From contig OX597815.1 in assembly GCA_951406725.2 (NCBI GenBank), forward strand, positions 193,006,001 through 193,070,000: 64,000 bases of DNA. The letters run 5' to 3'. The notes beneath the pieces were generated by a model. That model was not told the DNA's origin. It did not search any database and saw only the letters and a program-made list of their open reading frames with translations. The position numbers and the translations under genes were made by a program. This document shows, piece after piece, positions 52,206 through 64,000 of the stretch. This stretch comes from Octopus vulgaris (Eukaryota). The number at the start of each line of letters is the position of its first letter. Position 1 is the first letter of the stretch.

Positions 52206-52632
52206 ATATTTGTGTGTGTGTATGTGTGAGTGTGTATACATACATACGTACATACACACGCACACGCATACAGACACACACACACACATACAATTCAATA
52301 TTCAGAATCTGAAATTTATTGGTGATGCGTAAACACGTGCTGTCTCGAACAGATCTATGGACAACAACCTCTAACGCATTTAGTATGTCATACACAGAGT
52401 GGGTAAAGAAACTGGCATGGGTGGGTCCCTTATCGATTTGGATAGGTGAAATGTTTTCGATACGGCCGACCACATATATTTGGCGGCCATTCTTACAGCG
52501 GTCGGTTTCGGTTCCGTTCTCCGTGGCTGAATTGCAGCAATGTACAGAGACATATACCAGGGAGTTCGGGTGACTTTTTGGAACCATTCAGCACCACGTA
52601 CTCGGTACGTGAAGGATTCCCTTTCTTGCTTC

Positions 52633-52844
52633 TTCTCTCTTTTACTCTTTTACTTGTTTCAGTCATTTGACTGTGGCCATACTGGAGCACCGCCTTTAGT
52701 CGAGCAAATCGACCCCGGGACTTATTCTTTGTAAGCCCAGTACTTATTCTATCGGTCTCTTTTTGCCGAACCGCTAAGTTACGGGGGACGTAAACACACC
52801 AGCATCGGTTGTCAAGCAATGCTAGGGGGACAAACACAGACACA

Positions 52845-52930
<86 letters not shown>

Positions 52931-53095
52931 TACGACGGGCTTCTTTCAGTTTCCGTCTACCAAATCCACTCACAAGGCATTGGTTGGCCCGGGGCTATAG
53001 CAGAAGACACTTGCTCAAGATGCCACGCAGTGGGACTGAACCCGGAACCATGTGGTTGGTTAGCAAGCTACTTACCACACAGCCACTCCTGCGCC
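52633..53095 (-). mobile_element. SINE family 1
   Basis: Reverse complement of 7676-8055. Confidence 0.88.
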
Positions 53096-53099
53096 TTCT

Positions 53100-53790
53100 G
53101 TATGTATTTACTCCAGAACTACAACTGCAGAGATTAGGCATCCCGCACAAACGAGTACGCGGGAGAACCATATTGGCATATGCAGATGACGTTACCGTCA
53201 TGTGGAACCAGGTACACAGACCTGGTCGGCACTACTCCAGAAGAATGCGAAGCTCTGACAGGAGCAAAAGTTATTCAAGAGAAGTCAGTGGCCCTGCCAC
53301 TCGGCACCTGGAGAGGTAGGTCCATGCCGTCAATAATGTCGTGGGACGCTAGACAGAGTTCCCGGTTAAATTGCTTTGTATTTTGTTTCGTCTAGATCTC
53401 CGGGTGCAGAAGAACTAGGACAAGGTGATGAGTAGGGTGGCCAATTTCATGCAGAAATGGGCCGAGAGAAAGCTGTCTCTGAAGGGTCGGGCAGGGGTAC
53501 CGATCGCATACATTGCCTCCGTCATATAATACTTTATGACCGTCGTGCCTTGCCTCAGTTTGCAACAAACTAAACTGCAGTGCATACTCTTCGGTTTACT
53601 GTGAAAGGGAGGCGTTCCACTGGTCAGGTGCTCCATTTGTAATCAACCCGCTGAATGAAGAACTTGACATGGCGTGGCTGCTGATGCACAGACATGCGCT
53701 CAAGATCCGACATACCTAGCGCTTCATTAACGGTAAGCAGGAGTGGTGGCCATTTGTCACACACGATCTTCTGCCGCTCGGTTTAGAGTT
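53100..53790 (+). mobile_element. Tx1-like LINE RT remnant
   Basis: ILAYADDVTV, EKSVALPLGTWRG, RKLSLKGR; same family as 3700-5300. Confidence 0.75.
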
Positions 53791-54099
53791 TTGCTTCAAG
53801 TTCCACAAAACCGTTTTCTTGTATTTGTATACTCTTTTACTCTTTTACTTCTTTTAGTCATTTGACTGCGGCCATGCTGGAGCACCGCCTTTAATCGAGC
53901 AAATCGACCCCAGGACTTATTCTTTGTAAGCCTAGTACTTATTCTATCGGCCTCTTATTTTTTGCTATTGATTTCATGACTGATACCCAGCCTGAACAAC
54001 TTGAGGGAAGTGTAGCAATAATTGTTACCTCAATTGGCTGAATAATTGTCTGATAGTTCGGAACAGAAACCTCTGCATGGCCCATATCAAATAAGCTGC

Positions 54100-54780
54100 T
54101 GTTGACCAGAAGCTATCTTTAGCTACAAACCTCAAGCCAAAGGCTGAGAGCAAAGTTTGCTTCTTAGCTACTCAAGATCAAATCTTATTGAACTGGAACT
54201 ACCAAATCAATGTGGAGAAAAAATGGAGTTGATCCAAAGTGCCGATTCTGTAATGATGAGATTGAAAAAGTGGATCACTTAATGTCTGGAGGTAAAGTTT
54301 TAGCATTAGTAGAGAATAAATCAAGACATTGACAGAGTTGGCTAATATCTACACTGGTTATTATATTGCTATTTAAAAAATAAAACTGTCGACAAGTGGT
54401 ATGGGAGGAAATAAAACGGTTCTTTGCTACTTTCCTTTTCATACAGACAAAACAATCAAAGCTAATGAACCGAATATTGTTGGAAAAGACCAAAATGATA
54501 AAGTTTGTTTAATGATTGACGTGAGTATCCCCTGTGATCCTAATATTGAGGTAAAAGTATTTGACAAGCTCAGAAAATATAAAGATTTGTCCATTGATAA
54601 TAATAAAATAAAAATCTGGTATCTCATTGCGGTTACAATACCAGTGATTGTAGCAGTACTAGAAATGATCGAACAAGGAACTGAAACTCATGGGAGAAAG
54701 TTCCCTGGCTTACTGTCCCTGCAAGAAGAATAAGATACGTCATAAGTATTGAACAGAGCATTGCCGCTGTATGAACAATA
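54100..54780 (+). mobile_element. R4-like LINE 3' remnant (CCHC plus RLE)
   Basis: ATQDQIL, KCRFCNDEIEKVDHL, KTIKANEPNIV...CLMIDVSIP...KLRKYKDL. Confidence 0.78.
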
Positions 54781-56432
54781 ACTTTGTATGTATATATATT
54801 TTTTTCTTTTACGCAACTTCATTTGGTTTTGTAAATGAACGATCTAGTGTGTTTATCTAAATGGCATATCAATGTAGCCAGTATGACCTAGGTGCCAGAA
54901 AGATAGTCGGCAAGAAATGGAAACAAAGTTTGAAGAAGAACGAAAAAAATAATTTTAGTAAAGATACAAGTCTTTACTCAAAATCCTGACTTCATAGAAA
55001 ACACACAACATAATTTTTAGTAAAGAAAATAATGGTTTATTTCATTGAATGTTAATTACATATAATATAGAAGTTGATTTATTGATGTGTTTACAGATAT
55101 TAAACCGTTATTATTTTGTTAAAAACTGCATTAGTCGAATTACAGAATCATCTTTATGAGAGGAACTACTTTTAGATTTAGTTTTAGAAACAAATAGCAT
55201 ATGCAAAATTCCAATATACAAACTGCAAATGAAATTAAAATACAATAATTTGTTGTGAATTCCACTTCCTATTCTGTGACATGATCAGAAGAAATATCAA
55301 TTTCTTTAGTAATCCAAACATTTTTGAATGAAAGCAATGAGAAATGTTCCTCAACATTTGTGGTTAACAATTTGACACAGTTTTCGTTATTAGACATCAT
55401 AACAACCATTGCGTAAGATGGCAGATCGTTAGTCCACTGGACAAAATGTTTAGTAGCATTTCGCCTGTCAATCAATTGTGAGTTCACATTTCTTTGAGAT
55501 CGATTTTGCCTTTCATTCTTTTGGAGTCAATAAAAGAAATACCATTTGAGCATTGGCGGTGGATGTAACTGACTTACATCGCCCCTAAAACTGATGAGCT
55601 TGTGTCAAAATTTGAAACCAATATCTGAATGGAGGTTTCATTATTAACTATTATAGCAACCATTATCTAAAGTATTATTAAAACAGCAAAATGTCAGATC
55701 CGTTAGAACGACGGACAAAATGCTTAGTGGCCATTCGTTTGTCTTTATATTCTGAGTTCAAATTCCGCCAGGGTCAACTACACCGTTCATCCCTTCGCTG
55801 GATGAAATAAGTTAGAGCAATGGAAGCGATGTAATCTACTATCTCCCTCCCCCGAAAATTTTAGGCCTCGTGCCTATAGTAGAAAGTATTATCTAAGATA
55901 TTTCGTCGACATGTGTAGAGAGATTTGAGAAATTATTGTGTGACTGGTTTTGTCATTGTATGTGTAGTTAGTGTCCAGTTCGTGCTAAACTGAGATGCTG
56001 ATTTAAGGCAATATTTTGGAAAAGAGGAAACATTTAAAAATATGTTTCGCTTAACAACTGTGTTTAAAATGATTTTAAACTGTATTCCTGAGAATGCTAT
56101 AAAGGACGTGTAAAATGTGTGCAACAGCATCACCTAATACTGAGTGACTAAAATGGATGGATGGAATGACACAAAAGGAGTAAGATAATCTGTAGATTTG
56201 CATGGTATTAATCCTTTATTGATTGTAGCGATTAGACTGAGGACGCAGAATTCACCGCTTAGAATCTATATCATTGTTTCATATTAAAAATCATATCAAG
56301 TATTACGAAATGTATCATTTGTTGATATATTTAAACACTTTTCCTAAGAATATGTTACATTATTAGAGTTAAACAAGAAGAAAAAAGAAGATAAAAGTAA
56401 TAACATATTATTTGATATGAATCTTTTAAATT

Positions 56433-57632
56433 TCATATCTTATAGGAACGGAAATATAGTCTGTAAAGGAAAAAATAAATTACAAAAATGCATACAATAA
56501 TAAAAATTCCAACGATAATTGATGAAGCAATAAATATTTTTGCTTTTTTGTTAGCTTCTAGGGCACCTGCTCTATCTCCATTTTGGGCCAATTGATTTGC
56601 CTAGAAGATAAAATAAAAGTTAATTTTAACATGAAATTTCACCCCAAATTTTAGAATCATGAAAAATAATTTATCAGGATGTTTCTATGGAAATTACCTG
56701 CCAGTGTTCATGCTAACTTGAGACCAATAATAATATTTTTCTTTATTTCAAGATTCAGTACAATACAAATCAACCATCGTGCTCTAATTCAGTATTACTT
56801 ATTAGGAGGCTCTGATGTCGGAAAATGAGGACGACAAATTGCCATGTTAAATGAAAAAAAAAATGGTTTCCAAATGGTTTAAAGTGGTTTCCAAATGCCT
56901 ATTCGTTTTCTTGGTGCGGTGTTTACAGCACACATTTGTTAGGCTCATAAAGTGAGTCTGGGAAAACAGAAAACTGGTTAAAATCACCAAGACTACTATC
57001 TATAAAGCCTGCGTTCTTAGTACGTTACTTTATGTCAATGCGACACGGAGTCACTACTCCAGACACGAGCTGCGTTTAAACGTCTTCTACCTTCGTAATT
57101 TGAGACGAATGTTGGATATTTGTCAGCAGAGTGGTATATTTACCGAAGTGTATAGCGTTACCTTTCACTCCGTTAAACCCCAGTGCGAAACTAATCGGTA
57201 AGATCGGCCGTAATGGATATAATAATGTAGACTTCGATTAATATATATATATAACAAACAGGGACAAGTGTCAATGCGTTATTCGAGAGAACCTATTGAA
57301 GTCAGTCTGTGACCACAAAATACGTACAATACGCTTGAATTTCCAAATCTTGGCATGATACTTTAATACAATATATATACAATATAATATTAATAAATTA
57401 TGAAATACATGACTTTTACTAGTCATTTACATTATCTTTTGTACCAAAATTTTAATATTTATGGTTAAAATATACGGATATGAATAGAATTTCCTGCAAG
57501 GAATGTTGATATTTTACTTACTTTCCTGCTGTAACTAATAGCAGCGACGCCCAGCGGTATACAGCAAAGAACGGCGGAAAAAATAGCTAAACACGTCAAA
57601 TCAGGAATGTGAATTGGTTCCGGTTGGGCTAT
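56433..57632 (-). CDS. CD225/dispanin paralog C, partial; exons 57522-57632 and 56433-56600; 5' exons presumably right of the window
   Basis: IAQPEPIHIPDLTCLAIFSAVLCCIPLGVAAISYSRK|ANQLAQNGDRAGALEANKKAKIFIASSIIVGIFIIVCIFVIYFFLYRLYFRSYKI*; canonical phase-0 intron; GD..GA motif of CD225. Confidence 0.9.
56900..57130 (+). mobile_element. RTE-like LINE fragment in paralog C intron
   Basis: VWENRKLVKITKTTIYKACVLSTLLY...LNVFYLRNLRRML. Confidence 0.7.
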
Positions 57633-57713
57633 CTGAAAACAAAATAAGCCAGAATAATAGCATTATCATAAAGGTTGGTGGTAATGATGACAACGATGAT
57701 AAGGTAACAACAA

Positions 57714-57764
<51 letters not shown>

Positions 57765-57769
57765 GAAAG

Positions 57770-58250
57770 CATAATAATAGAAAGCAACCATACTCTGGGA
57801 TATGCCGATACACACAGTTAGAGAAATTAGGGCCAACAGACCAGATATAGTTATCAGAGATCATGAAGAAAAAAAATGCTTTCTAATTGATGTATCAATA
57901 CCGGCAGATGACAACGTGTCTCTAAAAGAAATGGAGAAACTTTCAAAATACAAAGACCTGGAAATGGAGGTAACCAGAATGTGAAATCTAAAAACAGAAA
58001 CAATTCCTATCATAGTAGGTGCATTAGGCATGATAAAAACATATTCAGACAAATACATAACAAAAACACCAGGACTTACAAACACATATAACATACAGAA
58101 AATTGCACTACTAGGTACTACACACATCCTACGCAGAACACTTTCCATACAATAACCATCAGAGTATCACAACAAATCACAGCACATACCTAAGGCACAC
58201 AGAGCTGCGCTCGGTAGTGAAGTGAAAGCACGCTATAAAAATAAAACTAG
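57770..58250 (+). mobile_element. R4/Dong-like LINE 3' end in an (AAT)n tract
   Basis: WDMPIHTVREIRANRPDIVIRD...LIDVSIPAD...EKLSKYKDL...IPIIVGALG...QKIALLGTTHILRRTL. Confidence 0.85.
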
Positions 58251-58257
58251 GGAATAA

Positions 58258-58302
<45 letters not shown>

Positions 58303-58319
58303 TAATACTAATAATACTG

Positions 58320-59554
58320 ACCGAAATAAGTAACGGAAACCAGGTCAACCAAAGAAAAGCCAAGAAAATATGTAAAACGCATGGGATCAAAAGAAAAGAT
58401 GAAATACCTGAAGCAAAAGAAAACCTAAAGCAAAAATTCCAAGCAAAGGCACAACGACTGCCGCGATATATAAAGAGAAGCAAACAATTTAGACAAAACG
58501 AATGATTTAAAGAAGATGGAAAGAAATTTTAATGGGAACTCGGTAAACAACAAATAAATGTTGAGTAACCGCCAAAGAAAGAGGATATGGAAAATTTCTG
58601 GAGTACGATATGGGAAAATGAAAAAACAACATAAAGAAGATGCAGAATGGATTAAGGAACAAGAAACACTCCTGGAAAATAAAGAAGTACATGAATGGGA
58701 AGATATTCAAAAGGAGGAGGTCACCCTGGCCCTGAAAAAGGCCAGCAATTGGAAGTCACACGGAATAGATCGAGTACTAAACTTCTGGATCAAACAGTTA
58801 GTTGATATGCATGGAGATATGTCATCAGCATATAACAAAGTCAAGAAAAACTCAGAAAATAGCCCAGACTGGATGACACAAGGAGTGACATACCTAATAC
58901 TAAAAACAAATGACACAGAAAACACAAAGAACTATAGACAAATCACCGGTCTACACAAAAAGCTGGCTGAAAACTTTAACGACATACTGGTAGAGCCAGA
59001 GACAATGCCTGAATGACTCACGAAAGGGAAAACCATCCTAATTCCCAAATCCAATGAAACAGCAAAACCACAAAACTATAGACCTATAACCTGTCTCACT
59101 ACAATGTACAAAGCCTTTACTGCAGTAATATCGCAAAGATTAAACAAGCATCTGGAAGAAAACAACCTGTTTCCAGAAGAGCAGAAGGGATGCTGCAAGG
59201 GCTCATATGGATGTAAAGATCAACTAATGGTCAATAAGGCCATAACTGAAGACAGCCGGAGAAAGAAGAAAGGCCTCAGTATGGCCTGGATCGACTACAA
59301 AAAGGCGTTTGATAGCATTCTCCACACGTGTATCCTCGAAACACTTGCCATGAACAAGGTAGTACCAATAATTATAAAATACATGAGACACTCAATGAAT
59401 AATGACAGATAGAGCTACAGCTCCAAACAAAAGAGGGACTCGTGAAAACCAAAGCCATCCCCATTAAAAGAGGAATATTCCAGGGAGACACGTTCTCTCC
59501 ACTCCTTTTCTGCCTGGCACTGGCACCTCTATCTGATATATAAAAATAAAACTA

Positions 59555-59555
<1 letters not shown>
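58320..59555 (+). mobile_element. R4/Dong-like LINE RT remnant
   Basis: NWKSHGID, YRPITCL, EEQKGC, AWIDYKKAFDS, RGIFQGDTFSPLLFCLAL. Confidence 0.88.
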
Positions 59556-59556
<1 letters not shown>

Positions 59557-59644
<88 letters not shown>

Positions 59645-59774
59645 AATAATAATAATATTAATAATAATAATGATAATAATAATGATGATGATGATGATGA
59701 TGATTATGATGATGATAATGATAATAATGATGATGATGATGATAATGACGATGATGATGATAATGATGATAACA

Positions 59775-59827
<53 letters not shown>

Positions 59828-59987
59828 AATGATGATGATGATAATTATGATAATAATGATGATGATGATGAGTATAATGATGATGATGATAATGATGATG
59901 ATGATGATAATGATGATGATGATAATGATGATGATAATAATGATGATGATGATGATAATGACGATGATGATGATAATGATGATGACA

Positions 59988-60022
<35 letters not shown>

Positions 60023-60213
60023 AATGATGATGATAATAATGATGATGATAATTATGATAATAATGATGATGATGATGAGTATAATGATGATGATGGTGAT
60101 GATGGTGATGATGATGATAATGGTGATGATGATGATGATGATGATGATAATGGCAATGATAATGATGATGATAATGGTGATGGTAATGATGATGAGGATG
60201 ATGATGATGATTG

Positions 60214-60253
<40 letters not shown>

Positions 60254-60257
60254 AATA
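59557..60257. repeat. About 700 bp (GAT/AAT)n microsatellite
   Basis: Direct reading; source of the poly-M/I/H pseudo-ORFs. Confidence 0.95.
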
Positions 60258-60607
60258 CCAGCCACTGCTAAACGAGAGAGGAAAGTTACGGAGCATGAGG
60301 AAAGTAATGGGGATAACAGTGGTAACAAGGAGCATTAGGAGCTTATTCCAAGGTCTTTGAAAAACATATTGCGAATATTGGAGCTGCTGTCTGGCTCAAG
60401 GTTATCCAGAAGACGGTATTGTTGGGTACGGCTCGCATTCTTAGGTGAGTATTATCTGTTGGAGTCGCAATAGAAGGTACTACTAAATCATTTGGGGATT
60501 TGTTGCCCGCTTTCAAGTAAAGAGCAACCGGTAATTAAGAACTATCCTTGAGGTTTTCATAATGAAAATTATTAATAATGATAATAATAATAATGATAAT
60601 AAATATG

Positions 60608-60667
<60 letters not shown>

Positions 60668-60733
60668 TGGAAATAATGTATGGAAAACACTCGGCGAGAA
60701 ACGGAAGAAAATTTGAAGAAAGAAGGAAAAAAC

Positions 60734-60825
<92 letters not shown>

Positions 60826-60837
60826 AATGATAATAAT

Positions 60838-60872
<35 letters not shown>

Positions 60873-61022
60873 TGATGATGATGATGATAATAATAATAAT
60901 AACAATGTGATGCATGTGCCTGGTGTACCCTTATCAGACGGGTAGTCATGATGGGTATATTGGGCTTCGTATATTTTACCCCAGTGTCACTTTGATGGCA
61001 TGAACTGCTCTCTCACTCAATC

Positions 61023-61086
<64 letters not shown>

Positions 61087-61584
61087 CAACAACAATAATA
61101 ATGATAATGATAATGTTTTTCGTTATGGCCACAAGGAGCTAAACATAGAGGGAACAAATAAGGACAAACAAGAGGATTAAGTCGATTACATAGAACCCAG
61201 TGTTTAACTGGTACTTATTTAAGGATAAAAATGAAAATTATGATAATATGTTGTAACTGCTAATACTACAACTACTACTATTCTGATAGCACAGGAATCT
61301 GAAGCCCAACTACCACTACTACCACTACCCCTACTACCGTTACTGCTGCTGCCACCATTGCTGATACTACACATAGATACAGCAATTACAACAATAAAGA
61401 CAGTATTTGACAACGGCGATAGAAGACCGAAGAAGAGCCTGTTCATCGAAGCAGATTACAAGTGAGCAAGGGACTCTCTGGAAAGATGTTCAGCGTGACA
61501 GAACATGGCTGAGGAAGGCCAGATGTGAACAGCGCTGGAAATTGGTGCCGTTCTTGCTCTGCATAGGCCTGTGTAACCTCTGAG

Positions 61585-61816
61585 TCTCTTTTACTCTTTC
61601 TTTTTCACTAGTTTCAGTCATTTGACTGCGGCCATGCTGGAGCACCGCCTTAAATCGAGCAACTCGACCCCGGGACTTATTCTTTGTAAGCCCAGTACTT
61701 ATTCTATCGATCTCTTTTGCCGAACCGCTAAGTGACGGGGACATAAACACACCAGCATCGGTTGTCAAGCAATGCTAGGGTGACAAACATATACACACGC
61801 ATACACACACACACAT

Positions 61817-61861
<45 letters not shown>

Positions 61862-62026
61862 CATATATACGACGGGTCCCCTTCAGCTTCCGTCTACCAA
61901 ATCCACCCACAAGGCTTTGGTCGGCAGGAGGCTATAGTAGAAGACACTTGCCCAAGGTGCCACGCAGTGGGACCGAACCCGGAACCATGTGGTTGGTAAA
62001 CAAGCCAGTTACCACACAGCCACTCC
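61585..62026 (-). mobile_element. SINE family 1
   Basis: Reverse-complement copy. Partial copies also at about 12570-12720, 13790-13970, 35960-36150, 45683-45838 and 53830-53950. Confidence 0.85.
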
Positions 62027-62081
62027 AATGGCAAGTAGCAACAAAATATAAGAAGTGATATCAGTGATGATAATGATAATC

Positions 62082-62880
<799 letters not shown>

Positions 62881-62951
62881 ACGTAAAATGTCAATGAAAT
62901 TCTGAAATAGAATTTTAAAAATAAATTTGTAATAACTTAATCTAAAATACT

Positions 62952-63012
<61 letters not shown>

Positions 63013-63725
63013 CTTACATATACATATATATATACATACTTACATATATATATATATATATATATATACATACTTACATATATATATATATATACTATAT
63101 AAATTCATCCACATTTTTCTTATATATTGCGTTATTTAACATAACTTAATATAATATAATATAATATAATAGAGTCAAGTCCCTATGTTAATTTCTTTAT
63201 TGACATTCACTATCCTACCTACTAATAGTTAACCTTGGATTATTTGGGGGTTTTTTGTTTTAATTTATATACGTTTATATATATATTTTTACCTACTTTG
63301 TTTATGTTACCGGTTACCCATTAACCACCCATAACAAAGTCATGGCCTTTCAAAACAATAGATGACCAATTAGATGATGAGACTGACCATAACCTCCTAC
63401 CCACTTCCCGCAGGATTTCAGCAACACGATAAACAAAAAGTAGCGGAAAATAATAAAGTATCTTGATTAATACCCGGAAATTTATTACTTTTAGTACCGA
63501 CTATTATCACAGGTATTAATATAAACTGTTACCCACTTATTGTGGAACTTTATCTCAAGCCCTCAATAGAAAACATCGCATATTTAATGATATGTATGTA
63601 TGTATATATATATATATATATATTTGTGTATAATTATTATAATTATATAAAAAGAAAAATACGAACTACCACAGCAATCCTCTCTTCACATGAAATATGT
63701 ATGTACCTATGGGTATGTTTGTACG

Positions 63726-63800
<75 letters not shown>

Positions 63801-64000
63801 ATGTGTATGTATATATATATGTGTGTGTGTGTGTATGTATGTATATATGTATGTATTCCTCATTTATATACCTTTTCATTCCTACATAACTATAATAATC
63901 TTAAGATAGATTGATCTTTTAAATTCCACTATTATTTCATTTTTGATAAATTTTTATTTCCTCTGTTTATACTTTATCTAATAGGAATAATATAATACAC

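Overview
AT-rich, microsatellite-saturated animal genomic DNA. The SINE families and the (TA)n/(AAT)n/(TACA)n load point to a coleoid cephalopod, probably Octopus; this is an inference. The supplied ORF track shows mostly transposon debris and microsatellite pseudo-ORFs. Reading splice sites on the minus strand reveals a tandem array, spaced about 27 kb apart, of three small CD225/dispanin (IFITM-like) membrane-protein genes. Paralog B is complete: 4 coding exons, 116 aa, 23894-43172. Paralog A has exons 1-3 in the window and a 1-nt frameshift. Paralog C has exons 3-4 in the window. The most striking signal is that paralogs A and B share near-identical introns over about 5-6 kb while the exons embedded in them are strongly divergent. 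The paralogs also differ in motifs known to control IFITM3 function (YxxPhi, GxxxG). The rest is Helitron, Penelope (with hammerhead-ribozyme motifs), CR1, Tx1-like, R4/Dong-like, RTE, mariner, LTR and SINE remnants. Identity values are by-eye estimates; no searches were run.
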